Shown here piece after piece: positions 13,258 through 25,467 of a stretch of DNA of 64,000 nucleotides. Source of the stretch: Pecten maximus (lineage: Eukaryota). The translations under genes were made by a program, and so were the position numbers. Under the pieces are notes generated by a model. It did no database searches, was not told the DNA's origin, and worked only from the letters and a program-made list of their open reading frames with translations. The stretch lies in the NCBI RefSeq assembly GCF_902652985.1, contig NC_047022.1, forward strand, positions 42,408,001-42,472,000, written 5' to 3'. Each line of letters opens with the position of its first letter. Position 1 is the first letter of the stretch.

Positions 13258-14968
13258 ACCAGCTACATCGGGAAGAGTCATTGATGTCAATAACAGACAG
13301 GTTGTTTATGCTTTGTTGATAAATACAGGTGGCTACATACGGACAATAATCTGGCATGACGAACATCTAAATGGTTGATACAGAACGATGTTCTTATACT
13401 TTCCATTACATGGTCACCTGGAAACTTGTAAATGTTGGTATGAAGAAGTACACGTAGGACTATATCAATGCTTTCAGTCAATCTAATTGAACTACAAAAC
13501 ACGATTGAACAAAATGGACCAATCCCCTCTGCCTAGAATTTGGAGAACCTGCTTTGAGATCCTGGTCACGGCACCATAGTAATTTGAGAGGGAAATTGTA
13601 ATAGAGCATGTCAGGGATTCGAAAACAGAACCTGCAAACTGTCGAAACGAACGTTGTAGATAACTTCAAGTACCCTATCAACCGATCCAGTCACGTCATG
13701 AAATGTTGCATTAAAAGTTGTTAATGAATTCCATATGCAATATTGCTAATGCCAGCAACTGCAAAAGTATAGAGAGTCGAGACAGATCTAGAAAGCTCCA
13801 TTTCTATGATGTATAGTGTTCATCAGCCGTACTTTTGGTCATCTTTCAATAGTCCACGACAAGAAAACTTCGATGTTTATGTTCATGTTTTAATAAGGAC
13901 AGTTACCCAGTCGATCACGCTACACTTATAAGATAAGAAAAGTCAACCGTGTAGCTGATGATGACCATGATTGTGGTATTTTTGCTACAATGTGTAGGAT
14001 GAAATATCTGACCAATCAGGACCTGATCTTCTTACCAAATCACCTTAGGGGGTATGTTTGCTAGTTAGTTAGAATAATATTCTATTCACATTAAATTCCT
14101 TAACGAACCCGGATTTGTAGGGACATTTGGCTGTCCCGATAAACACTGATGAAATAGAATCTTGAATAAAGCCAGTATTAAAGAAGTCTTGTTTTGATGA
14201 TTAATGCAAACCACTTTAAAATGTAAATGTGTCTATTGGTATTGTAACCTGCCTCTGGACAACTTTGGTATCCAGCGGTGTTCAATATACTTCCGTTTCC
14301 TCGACCCTTTAAAGAGCTAGGCCTGTCCGTGAATGAATTGTAACGTATTGCATAAATGCAAAAAATACATAAGCAAAAATCATCAAAACTACTACGTCAG
14401 CAAATTGCGGCGCCCGGGTGTAAAACCTCCAGAGCGTCTTCGTTGCCCCAGGTGTAAAATACGGAAATGTTTAATTTTCCTATTTAACCGTTACCAATCA
14501 ATCCAATAAGACTTGATAATATTAAAATATATAATTCCGATAAACTGTGAGATTTACAATCATTTCGATCGCAGATTTTGTGGTATATGTTGCATAATTC
14601 CTGGGTTGGGGCATAATTTGGTCATACCCGCCTACACTGTGGGCGAATGAGCAAAAAATGAGAAGTGTTTTTCCTGTCCGTTATCCTTGCAAGTTATAGC
14701 CAATTTATCATAATGTTCCGTGGTCGGGTTATTTTCCTTGAAGGACAGCATTATCACATCAAACACCGGCGCCCGGTCAGTACGATTGAACCCGGTGGAT
14801 GTGGTATTGACTAGATAAACAAGTTTGTATTTCATGTGTCGTCAATGAAGACGCATTTCCTTCTGGAACGCATGGTCTTATTGTACTTTCTGTCTGTGTT
14901 TTGCTTATATTTTACCTCCGTTTTATCGATATTGGGTCAGATTAAAGTTTCAATTAAGCATCAATATT

Positions 14969-15277
14969 CATTGTTATTGAACGTATTAAAAAGTTGGCAT
15001 TGTTATTGAACGTATTGAAAAGTTGGCATTGTTATTGAACGTATGAAAACCAACTGATCACATCTATAGTTTCTGAAACTCAATCCACGAAGACTACTGA
15101 TAAGCGATGGCAAGTTTTAACTGCCATGCCATGTCACAGTGAAACTCAATCCACGAAGATTACTGATATAGCGATGGCAAGTTTTAACTGCCATGCCATG
15201 TCACAGTGAAACTCAATCCACGAAGATTACTGATATAGCGATGGCAAGTTTTAACTGCCATGCCATGTCACAGTGAA
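14969..15277. repeat. Two short tandem repeats (29 bp x ~3; 67 bp x 3)
   Basis: CATTGTTATTGAACGTATT(A/G)AAAAGTTGG, then GAAACTCAATCCACGAAGATTACTGATATAGCGATGGCAAGTTTTAACTGCCATGCCATGTCACAGT. Confidence 0.9.
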
Positions 15278-15664
15278 TTGAGTGAAAATTTGGTGTTCAG
15301 TAGACCAATTTTACCAAGCATAGAAAATGTACATTGTATAACACTTGGGATTCTAAAACTTGAATTAAGTAGACCATTATACCATAATGGATGGCATTGT
15401 GATACTCGTTGTGCAAATGAGTGATACAAATCTTATTATATTCTCATTAAAAAAAAATAAAAAAATAATTGTTAATTAGAAAATCTTAATTGATACGGAT
15501 ATTTATTTTTCACAAATAAATAAATAAATACAAGTTATTTTTACATGATTTATTAATATATTGATATTGAGGAAGAAATCTCATATTTATGACAGTAGAA
15601 TCTATTAATTACAGTAAATGTTTGGTTTATTTTTTTCTGAAGAAGAAAATTGGCGGATCGACAT

Positions 15665-15770
15665 ATTTTTTCCGGAACACCGAAAAAAAATCCGGAAAGT
15701 CGGATGTAAATTCAACCAATCAACGCTTCCCTACTAAAAGCTTATGGCCTGTCAGTAAAGATGGCGGAAG
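15665..15770 (+). promoter_or_regulatory. Probable GTF2H3 promoter / transcription start region
   Basis: ETS-like CCGGAA motifs (~15672, ~15692), CCAAT at 15716 and YY1-type AAGATGGCGG at 15758-15767, ~80 bp before the inferred start codon. Confidence 0.5.
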
Positions 15771-15841
15771 TCAACAAACGGGCATGGTCCTTGGTATTCT
15801 TTTAACGAATATATTGATGATTGTTGCTGGCATATGGGAAA

Positions 15842-18800
15842 ATGACGGGTAAGAATTGGTCAGATACACAACAGCTATGTATTTGATCTATTACACAGGT
15901 TGATAATTACTTAAAAGGTCTTAGCGTTATCATGATGGTATATTTTCTCAATCTCTGTTGTCTTCTTCCAGCTGTACACAGTACTAGTACTGTACTGGGT
16001 TCAGTCATATGTACTTATAGTCATAGGTACTTAGCACGTTTTTCCCACCGCGAATATACATATACAGGCCTGATAAACCCAGCCCTTCCCAATCTCGAGT
16101 CCTTTACACCTGTACCACAGGGGCATGTCTAGTCTTATATCAAAAATATGTTTTTGGGGTTAATTGTTCTGCCATCTCGATACATAGATTTTATTCTGAC
16201 AAAAGTAGGAAATTATATTCAATTGACAGTCAACTCTGTAATAACTAATATGTTAGAACTGAAGCATTCGCATTTCGATTTTTCTTTAAAACGATATTTC
16301 TGTGGTTGATTTTTCCAATGTCGTCTAACTTAACTTATATATGTAAGATGTATTTTGTGAGGTGTATTACAATATGTATATATGTGCGGGTATTATGTAA
16401 TGTGTAATATGTGAAGTGTATATATGTGAGAGTATGGAATATGACAACTGTGGTTATAGATTGCAGAGACGTAACAGTGTAATGTTGAAGTGAAATAATG
16501 TAATTCTTTCATTTATATTTCATTATGTTGCTAGTACCAGAGAGTAATGTGAGCAGTCAGTTGATTATCATCCTAGATACTAATCCAGTATGGTGGGGAC
16601 AGGCAGACAAAAGGCAATCTGGCCAAAACCAGGTATAAACACTTCAAATCTACCTCACAGACAACAGGTAATCTGGCCAAAACAAGGTATAAACATGTCA
16701 AATCTACCTCACAGACAACAGGCAATCTGACCAAAACCAGGTATAAACACTTCAAATCTACCTCACAGACAGCAGGTAATCTGGCCAAAACCAGGTAACT
16801 TCCTCACAGACAACAGGCAATCTGACCAAAACCAGGTTTAAACAATTCAAAATTACCTCACAGACAACAGGCAATATGGCCAAAACCAGGTAACTACCTC
16901 ACAGACAACAGGCAATCTGACTGAAACCAGGTGTAAACAATTCAAATCTACCTCACAGACAAGAGGAAATCTGGCCAAAACCAGGTTTAAACACTTCAAA
17001 ATTATATTTACCTCACAGACAACAGGCAATATGGCCAAAACCAGGTATAAACCCTTCAAATCTACCTCACAGACAACAGGCAATCTGGCCAAAACCAGGT
17101 TTAAACACTTCAAATCTACCTCCCAGTCTCTTTCTACATTTTAGCATAAAAGTTGAATTTATTGTTTACTTTGAAAATTATTGCATTATCTATGATCATC
17201 TTCAGCTAGTTGTATAAAGATGAATGTGGTTAGTTTTATGTAGATATAATAGTAAAAAAAAAACAAAAAAACTCAGTGTCCAAATTCCTTGACTTCTTCA
17301 CATTACTGTGATATCAGTTCTATAATCAGTAGAATCAAATAAGGTACTGGCATAGAGTGTTTGACAGCCTTGAGAAGGGACACACAGATTTAAGTTTTAA
17401 GTTACCTTGTACCCAAATAGAAATGTTAGGTATTAGTCCTTCCTTACTAGCTTTATATATATATATATATAGTATGGTCAGTGATTTTTTTTGGCTAGAT
17501 CTACAGCCCACTTTGGGCTGTTTCCCCTTGCCAAAAAAAGGTGTATTTTCCCAATTTTGAAACATCATTTTTCCCAATTTAAAAAAAAAAATAAAAAAAA
17601 TTTGTGTTGAATTTCTATCTGGTTATCTGTATTGTATTTCATTCCTAGAATATCATTTCATGTGAATATTATGGTACGATAGTTGATCATCATACACGTG
17701 AACAGTTGACTGACAAATTTACTTCCGCGATAGGCAAGTTGGCCTTAATTAGTCGTATTAACGGTATAAGGGAGGTAACTCGAATCCTGATCACTGTTGT
17801 GCTTTCCACAAATGACATGCAGGCAATTAAAAAAAAAAATTGCAAGCGTTTCAGAGAGTCCGTAGACAAAACAAGAAGACTTCCTTTGTTTTGTAGTCTA
17901 AGTAATAACCCAGGATGCTTGCTACTGACTCTTCATATCATGAGGCAGACCAGAAAATCCAATAAATGAAGTGTTTTGACTTATTTAAGTATTTTGTCAT
18001 TATGTGCTATTTTCCCAAATTCACCAAACACCGCAATTATTTTCCCAATTGAAAAGGCATAGGCTGTTGAAAAAATTACCTGAAAAAAACACTGATGGTA
18101 CAAATTTCAATACATTTTACAGGTGACTCTGGCACAATGCCTGGAGTGTTTGATGGTATTTGCCAACTCCCACCTGATGATGAGTCACAGGAATAAACTG
18201 GCTGTTATAGCAGCTCACACAGACAGAAGGTTAGTCAACAGTTCCTCAACAGAAATCAACATAAAATACATTCAATCAGAATTCTCACAATGAAAAATAG
18301 AAACGGTCAATCAGAATTCTCACAATGAGAAATAAAGCTTTCAATTATAATTCTCACCATGAGAAATAAAAAAAAGGATTTTGTATTATTTTCAAAAGGA
18401 AAAAAAAATCAATCAAGTGAAGTAAGCCCATTAAAGATGACATATTGTTCTTGATGATGTCAAATCTATAGTACAATAACTATTCTGTTATACAGTAACA
18501 TCTGTATACCCTCACAATCACATTATCATTGTAATAGGATTTGATTTTTTTTCAGTTTATTTCTTTATCCAAAGAAAGATCAAGGTGAAATGGCCAACAC
18601 AAATATTGGTGACGAATCTGCACAGGGTGATGGCAAATATGAGCTGTTTGGATTGGTCAACAACCAGATCAAAGACCAAGCCCGGGAGCTAGTCATCAAT
18701 GGTAAAGTGTCACAACCTGTTTGTTATAAATGGTATAGTGTCACAACCTATTGTTTATAAATGGTATAGTGTCACAACCTGTTGGTTATAAATGGTATAG

Positions 18801-21800
18801 TGTCACAACCTGTTGGTTATAAATGGTACAGTGTCACAACCTGTTGTTTATAAATGGTACAGTGTCACAACCTGTTGTTTATAAATAGTGTAGTGTCACA
18901 ATCTGTTGGTTATAAATGGTATAGTGTCATAACCTGTTGTTTATAAATGGTATAGTGTCATAACCTGTTGTTTATAAATGGTAAAGTGTCACAACCTGTT
19001 GTTTATAAATAGTGTAGTGTCACAATCTGTTGGTTATAAATGGTATCAGTTGATGAAATAGTTTTTAATATAAAGAAAGTAGAATCTACCACTTGCTTAT
19101 GATTTTGTAAAATAATTAGAAAATATCCAGATTTATGGCAGCAATTTTCCTACCTCGAGCTTGTAAAGTTAATTTGAGCTATAACAATGTATACCATTCA
19201 CGATGTTTATTTCCAGGGGGGTCGAGCCTGCTGTACCCAGACACGGTGTTAGCTGGAGCTCTAGCCATGGCATTGTGCTGTATCCTTGTATCAAGTTTTC
19301 AATTACTAATTAAATTCTTATTTTTACTTTGATCTGATATAATTTCATTAATATAGATAAAAATTTAAATGATAACAAATCTGAATAATGATGATTATGG
19401 AATCCTAATAATATCAGCCTTCCTCATATGTTTTTGGAGTAAATATCCGCAGAAAGCTTTACCATAGAAAATATTCTTGTTTTTGGGATGGTCATTATTA
19501 TCCCCTCACGATGAAGTCAGGGAGGGAATATAGTGTCCTGTTTCTATACATGTGTACCTGTGTATGTACATACGTACATTCGATAAATGTCTACCATTGT
19601 CGGCACTGTGATGACTGATGAGCATCTCCCGGCAAAACAAAAAAATTGTACAGTTAGTCAAAAAGTTTTGCTTGATATAAGATTTATTTACATGACAAAA
19701 AAGTTAATCTTTCCAAAAATAGATTGGTTATGGTTTCTACTTGATGATGAATTTATAAGACCAGATGTTGGTAAGTTATGACCTTTCCTGTGGTATTTGT
19801 GACCTTGACAATATCCAGACATACACAGATCTGAGAAGGAGGTTAATCCAGGAGAACAACTTTCCTCGAGAGTTCTGGTAAGTTTTAGACCTTAACACAG
19901 ACTCAGTATAATGGAAGTGAACTAATGTGAAGTTGTTTATATTACACTGGCACGATTGTACAATTTATTATCCTGTTTTTGTGCAGATTATCAAAGGATC
20001 AGAAGACAACCCAGAACAGTATATGAATCTGATGAATGCTGTATTTACAGCTCAGAAACAGGTAACTTATTATTGGTACAGGATACTGTATACAATGTAC
20101 TCCTGTTACCTAGTGGAATGAGAAATCTGATGAATGCTGTATTTACAGCTCAGAAACAGGTAACTTTACCATTGGTACAGGATACTGTATACTCCTGTAA
20201 CCTAGTGTAATAAGAGATCTGATTTTAATAAAATTATATTTACTACTCTCACGGTCTTAATACAAAATACAAGCTTATTTAATTAGAGTTGATAAAGAAT
20301 AAGAAACTTAATTTTTATAAGTTTTATTAGGCATTGTACATGTACTTTGAAAGAAAACATTTTCAAATCCACTCAAGACATTAATATTTTCTCGATTATA
20401 ACTGACATGTTCATATGCTGTAAAGATGTTTTTTTATATTCCAAGAACATTGTGGTCGATGCGTGTGTACTGGATAATGACTCTGGACTTCTACAGCAGG
20501 TTAGTTGTTGTTTAATCACTAAAGGAGGTTGTCATGTCTCACACCCCACAGATCTATTGTAATACGATACAGTATTGATAATTGTTATAGTGTTATATTA
20601 GACATGTTTCTCAATATCTATGTTTTCACTGCAGCAATGAGCATGAGATATATTTTTCACTTTTATAACAGAATATTTTGATATTTTTCACTCGTGTTTC
20701 GCACTCGTGAACTTATCAATATTCTGCCATACTTGTGAAAAATATGTTATATATTCAATGAAAAACCATTCAATATCCTATTGAAATATATATTTCACAG
20801 GCATGTGATATTACTGGAGGCATATATCTCAAGATCCCACAGGTAGCTGGCCTACTTCAATATCTACTGGTAAGTATGATATATCTCAAGATTCCACAGG
20901 TAGCTGGCCTACTTCAATATCTACTGGTAAGTATAATATATTTCAAGATTCCACAGGTAGCTGGCCTACTTCAATATCTACTGGTAAGTATCGTATATCT
21001 CCAGATTCCACAGGTAGCTGGCCTACTTCAATATCTACTGGTAAGTATAATATATCTCAAGATTTCACAGGTAGCTGGCCTACTTCAATATCTACTGGTA
21101 AGTATGATATATCTCTAGATCCCACAGGTAGCTGGCCTACTTCAATATCTACTGGTAAGTATCGTATATCTCCAGATTCCACAGGTAGCTGGCCTACTTC
21201 AATATCTACTGGTAAGTATAATATATCTCAAGATTTCACAGGTAGCTGGCCTACTTCAATATCTACTGGTAAGTATGATATATCTCAAGATTCCACAGGT
21301 AGCTGGCCTACTTCAATATCTACTGGTAAGTATCATATATATCAAGATCCCACAGGTAGCTGGTCTACTTCAATATCTATTGGTAAGTATTATATATCTC
21401 AAGATTCACCAGGTAGCCGGCCTACTTCAATATCTACTGGTAAGTATCATATACTGTAAAAGTGGAAATATTCGCGGTGTGGAAATTTTCGCTTATTTCG
21501 CTATCAGTAAATCTCCGCGAAAATTTTCACACGCGAATATGTTAACACATAAAAATACTAAATATAAAAGATACAAGTGAGTGCAAAAATATCTTGACGG
21601 CGCGAAAATATCCACACTGCGAACACTTTGGAAGCTGGCTAAGCTAAAATTTCCACATGCGAAAATATCCACTTTTACAGTAGCTCAAGATTTCACAGGT
21701 AGCTGGTCTACTTCAATATTACTGGCATGGTTAGCATCAATATCCAGGGTTTACCAACTTATGGTCAAAGATGGAGCAGTCAGTTTGACTGAAATCTGAA

Positions 21801-23858
21801 ATGTCCTGGCTCAGTGACAATGGTACCAGTATTGGATTAATATCTATTGATCTTAAAAACAAACATTTCAATTGTGTTTCATACAAAGGCTATATATTGG
21901 CATGTTACGGTGTACCTCAGATATTTTTGTCTAGATGAATTGGTGTTGTATATAATGAGTTTGAGGCCTGGTCAGTACAGGAGTTACGTAAATGTCTCCC
22001 GTCATCATTTGTGTTTGTATGTTATAAATCTAATTGTAACATACATGTCATGATACAATGTATCTTATATATGTTGTTGTTGAGCCAAAGGTTAAAAGTG
22101 TGATTTCCCTGTCATTATTTTACCTTGTCGGATACATCGATCCTGTACATATTATTGATTGTGTAATGATTACTTACCAGTGGGTGTTCCTGCCGGACCC
22201 AACAGAGCGGCACAAACTCAACCTCCCACCGAAGGCACAAGTTGACTACCGGGCGGCCTGCTTCTGTCATCGTAACCTCATCGATATTGGATATGTTTGT
22301 TCTGTTTGTCTCTCAAGTAAGTATTGATCAGGAATTTGCTCAGTAAGCTTCTTTCTTGTTAACTATTTATTTGTGCCAGTCGTAATGTGTTTCTGATTAT
22401 CACCTTGTAAAGTAAAATGTTTTGAACTTGTAAGATGAAATATTCTTTTAAGTAAAACATTTGTTATATTAAAATGGCTTTAATTCGTTTGATGAACCAG
22501 AATATTGTTTAAATCTCCTAACAGTATGTTTGTGTCTCCTGATAATATTGTACAGTCCATATGAGATCATTAGATTGAAGCTATCAGCAGTAGGATAATT
22601 ATAAAATGAATATAGCATTTTGATTAGGATAAGATAATACATGATTTTATTAATCTGGAGAAAAGATTGACAAGGATGAAGTCAACTAATTCATGTATTG
22701 ACCAAACTCAAGGGCTATACTAGTTTTATGATAAATGAGTGTTTTGATGTTAAATAGTCACTGAATGAATGCAAGAAACAATTGTGCATAAAATGATAAA
22801 AACTGACTTGTGAAGCATTTGTAAATATTTCATCGTATATTTTAAACACTACAATCAAAAGTAAACATATACATTAAAATGCACCATCAAATACACTGGT
22901 TCTCACGATAATTTAATATTCTTTTTAATTCTGACAATTGTATATTGCTTGCCATGTTTCAAAAGCGGGCAAGATATTTCACACTGTTGGACAATATCAA
23001 GGGGATGTAATTCATAATTAATCTATTCCTAGAAGCACCAAGTAAACCATAATTTGTTACCAGCATTTTTTGCACGACCAGTCAATAAGACTTTATTGGG
23101 AATCAAGTGACACTATCTTTGCCCATCAGAGAGTGTGAAATGCATGATTTTGTAATAACTATCAATATTTTATTTTTTACCAATTTGTTTTTGCAGTTCA
23201 TTGTTCATTCAGTCCGATATGTTCCACTTGCCAGTAAGTATATAGCATAATTGTATACAACTGAAAACCAATGAATTATTTAATAAGGAATATATTACAA
23301 TGACCAAATTTATGAAGATATTAAACCCAAAATATTTCTTTTAAAAGTTGTAGTTGCTGCCTATTCTATAGACTTTGATGTCCTTTTACCTTTACTCCAT
23401 TTGACGTTATATATCACAAAGTTCATATCATCTATTCCTTATATTTTTGTATCATTTTAATTCACATTTGATTTTAATGATCTAAAATCATACAATATGA
23501 ATGCTTTTAAAAATGAACATTTTTATCTGATTTTGTTGATGCCACCCACGTTTGAAATACCATGGCCCTAAATGACAACAGCCATCAATAGGCTGTTAAA
23601 CCCAAATCAAACAAACAAGAGTTTTGAATATAATAGCAAATTTATAGGACTATAATGATTTTAAAACATTCTAAACCTAGAACAGTCGAAGGAATTTGTG
23701 CATTATGAAGAAAAACTATGGGGAAGTATTCTTTGAAGAAAGAAAAAATAATGTAGTCTTTTAATTAATTAATTTCATCTTGATTCCACAGCACTACGTT
23801 CAAAATGTTTGGTCCGACAAAAGGACTGAAGAGAAAAAGTAAGAAACAAGCCTCCTGA
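15842..23858 (+). CDS. GTF2H3: General transcription factor IIH subunit 3 (p34/Tfb4); exons 15842-15848, 16535-16632, 18123-18229, 18556-18701, 19217-19279, 19819-19877, 19987-20061, 20446-20499, 20801-20869, 22181-22316, 23197-23233, 23792-23858
   Basis: Spliced product: [13 protein letters not shown]...[19 protein letters not shown]...GDGKYELF...[14 protein letters not shown]...[61 protein letters not shown]...[37 protein letters not shown]. All phases fit. The 7-nt first coding exon (ATGACGG|GTAAGA) is less certain. Confidence 0.96.
16605..17122 (+). repeat. ~54-bp tandem array copying the GTF2H3 exon 2 end and donor
   Basis: Unit CAGACAACAGGCAATCTGGCCAAAACCAG|GTATAAACACTTCAAATCTACCTCA, ~10 copies, some shortened. 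Confidence 0.9.
18698..19046 (+). repeat. 31-bp tandem array (~11 copies) starting at the GTF2H3 exon 4 donor
   Basis: Unit AATG|GTA(A/T)AGTGTCACAACCTGTTG(T/G)TTATA; the first copy overlaps the exon end ATCAATG|GTAAAG. Confidence 0.92.
19280..19818 (+). other. U12-type (minor spliceosome) GT-AG intron in GTF2H3
   Basis: 5' site GTATCCTT; branch motif CCTTGAC at 19803-19809, 9 nt before the exon; no polypyrimidine tract; splits the Tyr codon of ALC-Y-IHR. Confidence 0.88.
20822..21726 (+). repeat. 57-bp tandem array (12 copies) of the GTF2H3 exon 9 3' portion plus donor
   Basis: Unit ATATATCTCAAGATTCCACAGGTAGCTGGCCTACTTCAATATCTACTG|GTAAGTATN; GTAAGT recurs every 57 bp from 20870 to 21440. 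Confidence 0.96.
21454..21680. mobile_element. MITE (227 bp) with TA target duplication
   Basis: TIRs CTGTAAAAGTGGAAATATTCGC / GCGAAAATATCCACTTTTACAG (22 bp, 2 mismatches); TA at 21452-21453 and 21681-21682; interrupts the last 57-bp unit. Confidence 0.9.
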
Positions 23859-23870
23859 AGGCTGGTGAGC

Positions 23871-24016
23871 TATGTACCCGAGGGATGTACCCGAGGGATG
23901 TACCCCAGGGAGAGCCATACCATTGTGATTTACCCCAGGGAGAGCCATACCATTGTGATTTACCCCAGGGAGAGCCATACCATTGTGATTTACCCCAGGG
24001 AGAGCCATACCATTGT
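23871..24016. repeat. Short tandem repeats in the GTF2H3 3' UTR (13 bp x 2.5; 30 bp x 4)
   Basis: ATGTACCCGAGGG, then CCCCAGGGAGAGCCATACCATTGTGATTTA. Confidence 0.9.
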
Positions 24017-25467
24017 CCACAGGAGTCAGGATAGTTGCTGATGTTAACTCTTACCATCTGTTGGAATCAATCAAAACTAAACATCGAGGTTGGCAGTCCA
24101 TGAAGAATTTAGAGGTTGAAATCCTGGTTTGAGTTGATGTCATACGAGAACTTATTAGCATGGTATATCTCTAGGGAGTGCTTGGAGATATTTTCTAAGA
24201 TGGTACATTGTGTTCCTTACTTTTTATGTTTAATGTTAAACACTTTTAGTACTGAATTGTTTCCGATATGATAACGGATATGACAACTTATGATGTACTT
24301 TGACAACAGCAATGCAGACTGTCCTAGTATAGATTTTATTGCCATCTTCGACGAGACACTATCGCACATCATCTCCACAGACAACCCAGGACATACATAC
24401 CCAGCTCCGTTACATATAATAGACAAATGCGTTGTAAGCTTATTTTCCTATTTATGGTAAAATATTGTCTGATTTGTTTTCACCTGATCATGTGCATCCT
24501 GCCCTGTCATGCAGGATTATTTAGATGGATTCAAGTTGTTCATCCACATTTGATATCAAAATAATTCAAAATATTTGATTCCAATGACTCCGAAAAATAC
24601 ATTTTTAAAACAAAGTAAAATGTATTTTTTAATTCTAGTTTGTTTGTTTTTTTATTTTTGGTTATTTCTGAACATACAATAACATTGACAAGATAGCAAA
24701 AAAAGAAAAAATAGCATTTTATTGTGATATTTTTTCTTCAACATTGACATTAATTTGCATAGTTGATTTTTGCTCTGGATTTATCTCCCTTTGGATCTCT
24801 TATTTTGGTACTGTCAGTTCTGGCATTATAAATACAATATAATGACATATTTACTGAACATTCCAATTACATAATTAATAAACCTGATTGTATCTAGTAC
24901 ATATATACTGGCACAAAGTTCATCTGGCTAAAATCGCTATTGCATTGGTGATTACGGTTATTATTTCCGGATAAATTATCACTGATTGCTCAAGAAATGG
25001 TAACGAATGATAATACGTTTTGATGTGCCTTATATCTTGTGTATGTAGAGTGTCACTGATTATTGCATGGTAATGAGTTCAATTGAATCTGCATATCTCT
25101 TGAGTCTGGATGTAATCAACATTCATGTTTTCATCAATAGTTTAAAATATCTTTAGAAAAAGTTTCCCAGGTGATAATCATCGTGTATTGCATGCTGAAA
25201 TACAATATGATATATATCCAAGTAAACTCAAAACATTTTCCTGATTAAAACATCATTTTGCTTCAAACTTTTCACAAGACCATTTAAATTTGTAAATAAC
25301 AACCATTACAGAATCCATACTGTAATCCAATGAAAAACAAGTTTTCACAAGTTTTCACAAGTTTTCATTCTTCGCTATCATTCGATTTGGCACACAATGT
25401 CACTTTCGATCTTTTTATCATTATTAACATCTGGTTATAATGGTGACAAAGTAGGAGCAGTACAAAG

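Noticed and set aside
13280-14640. Possible decayed transposase or Ulp1-like relic (DDDHDCGIFA at ~13960; LIELQNTIEQNGPI at ~13480)
   Set aside because: Motifs are too short and broken by stops to assign by eye; needs tBLASTn/HMM against Repbase or Dfam.
16573-17113. Minus-strand ORFs with [15 protein letters not shown] repeats
   Set aside because: Antisense reading of the 54-bp array.
19495-19600. Hairpin CCCCTC...GGGAGGG followed by a microsatellite-like tract (Helentron/HINE-like end)
   Set aside because: Too degenerate to define boundaries or family.
23775-24057. ORFs with NGMALPGVNH / QWYGSPWGKS repeats resembling a neuropeptide precursor
   Set aside because: Antisense reading of a 30-bp UTR repeat; no signal peptide or dibasic cleavage sites.
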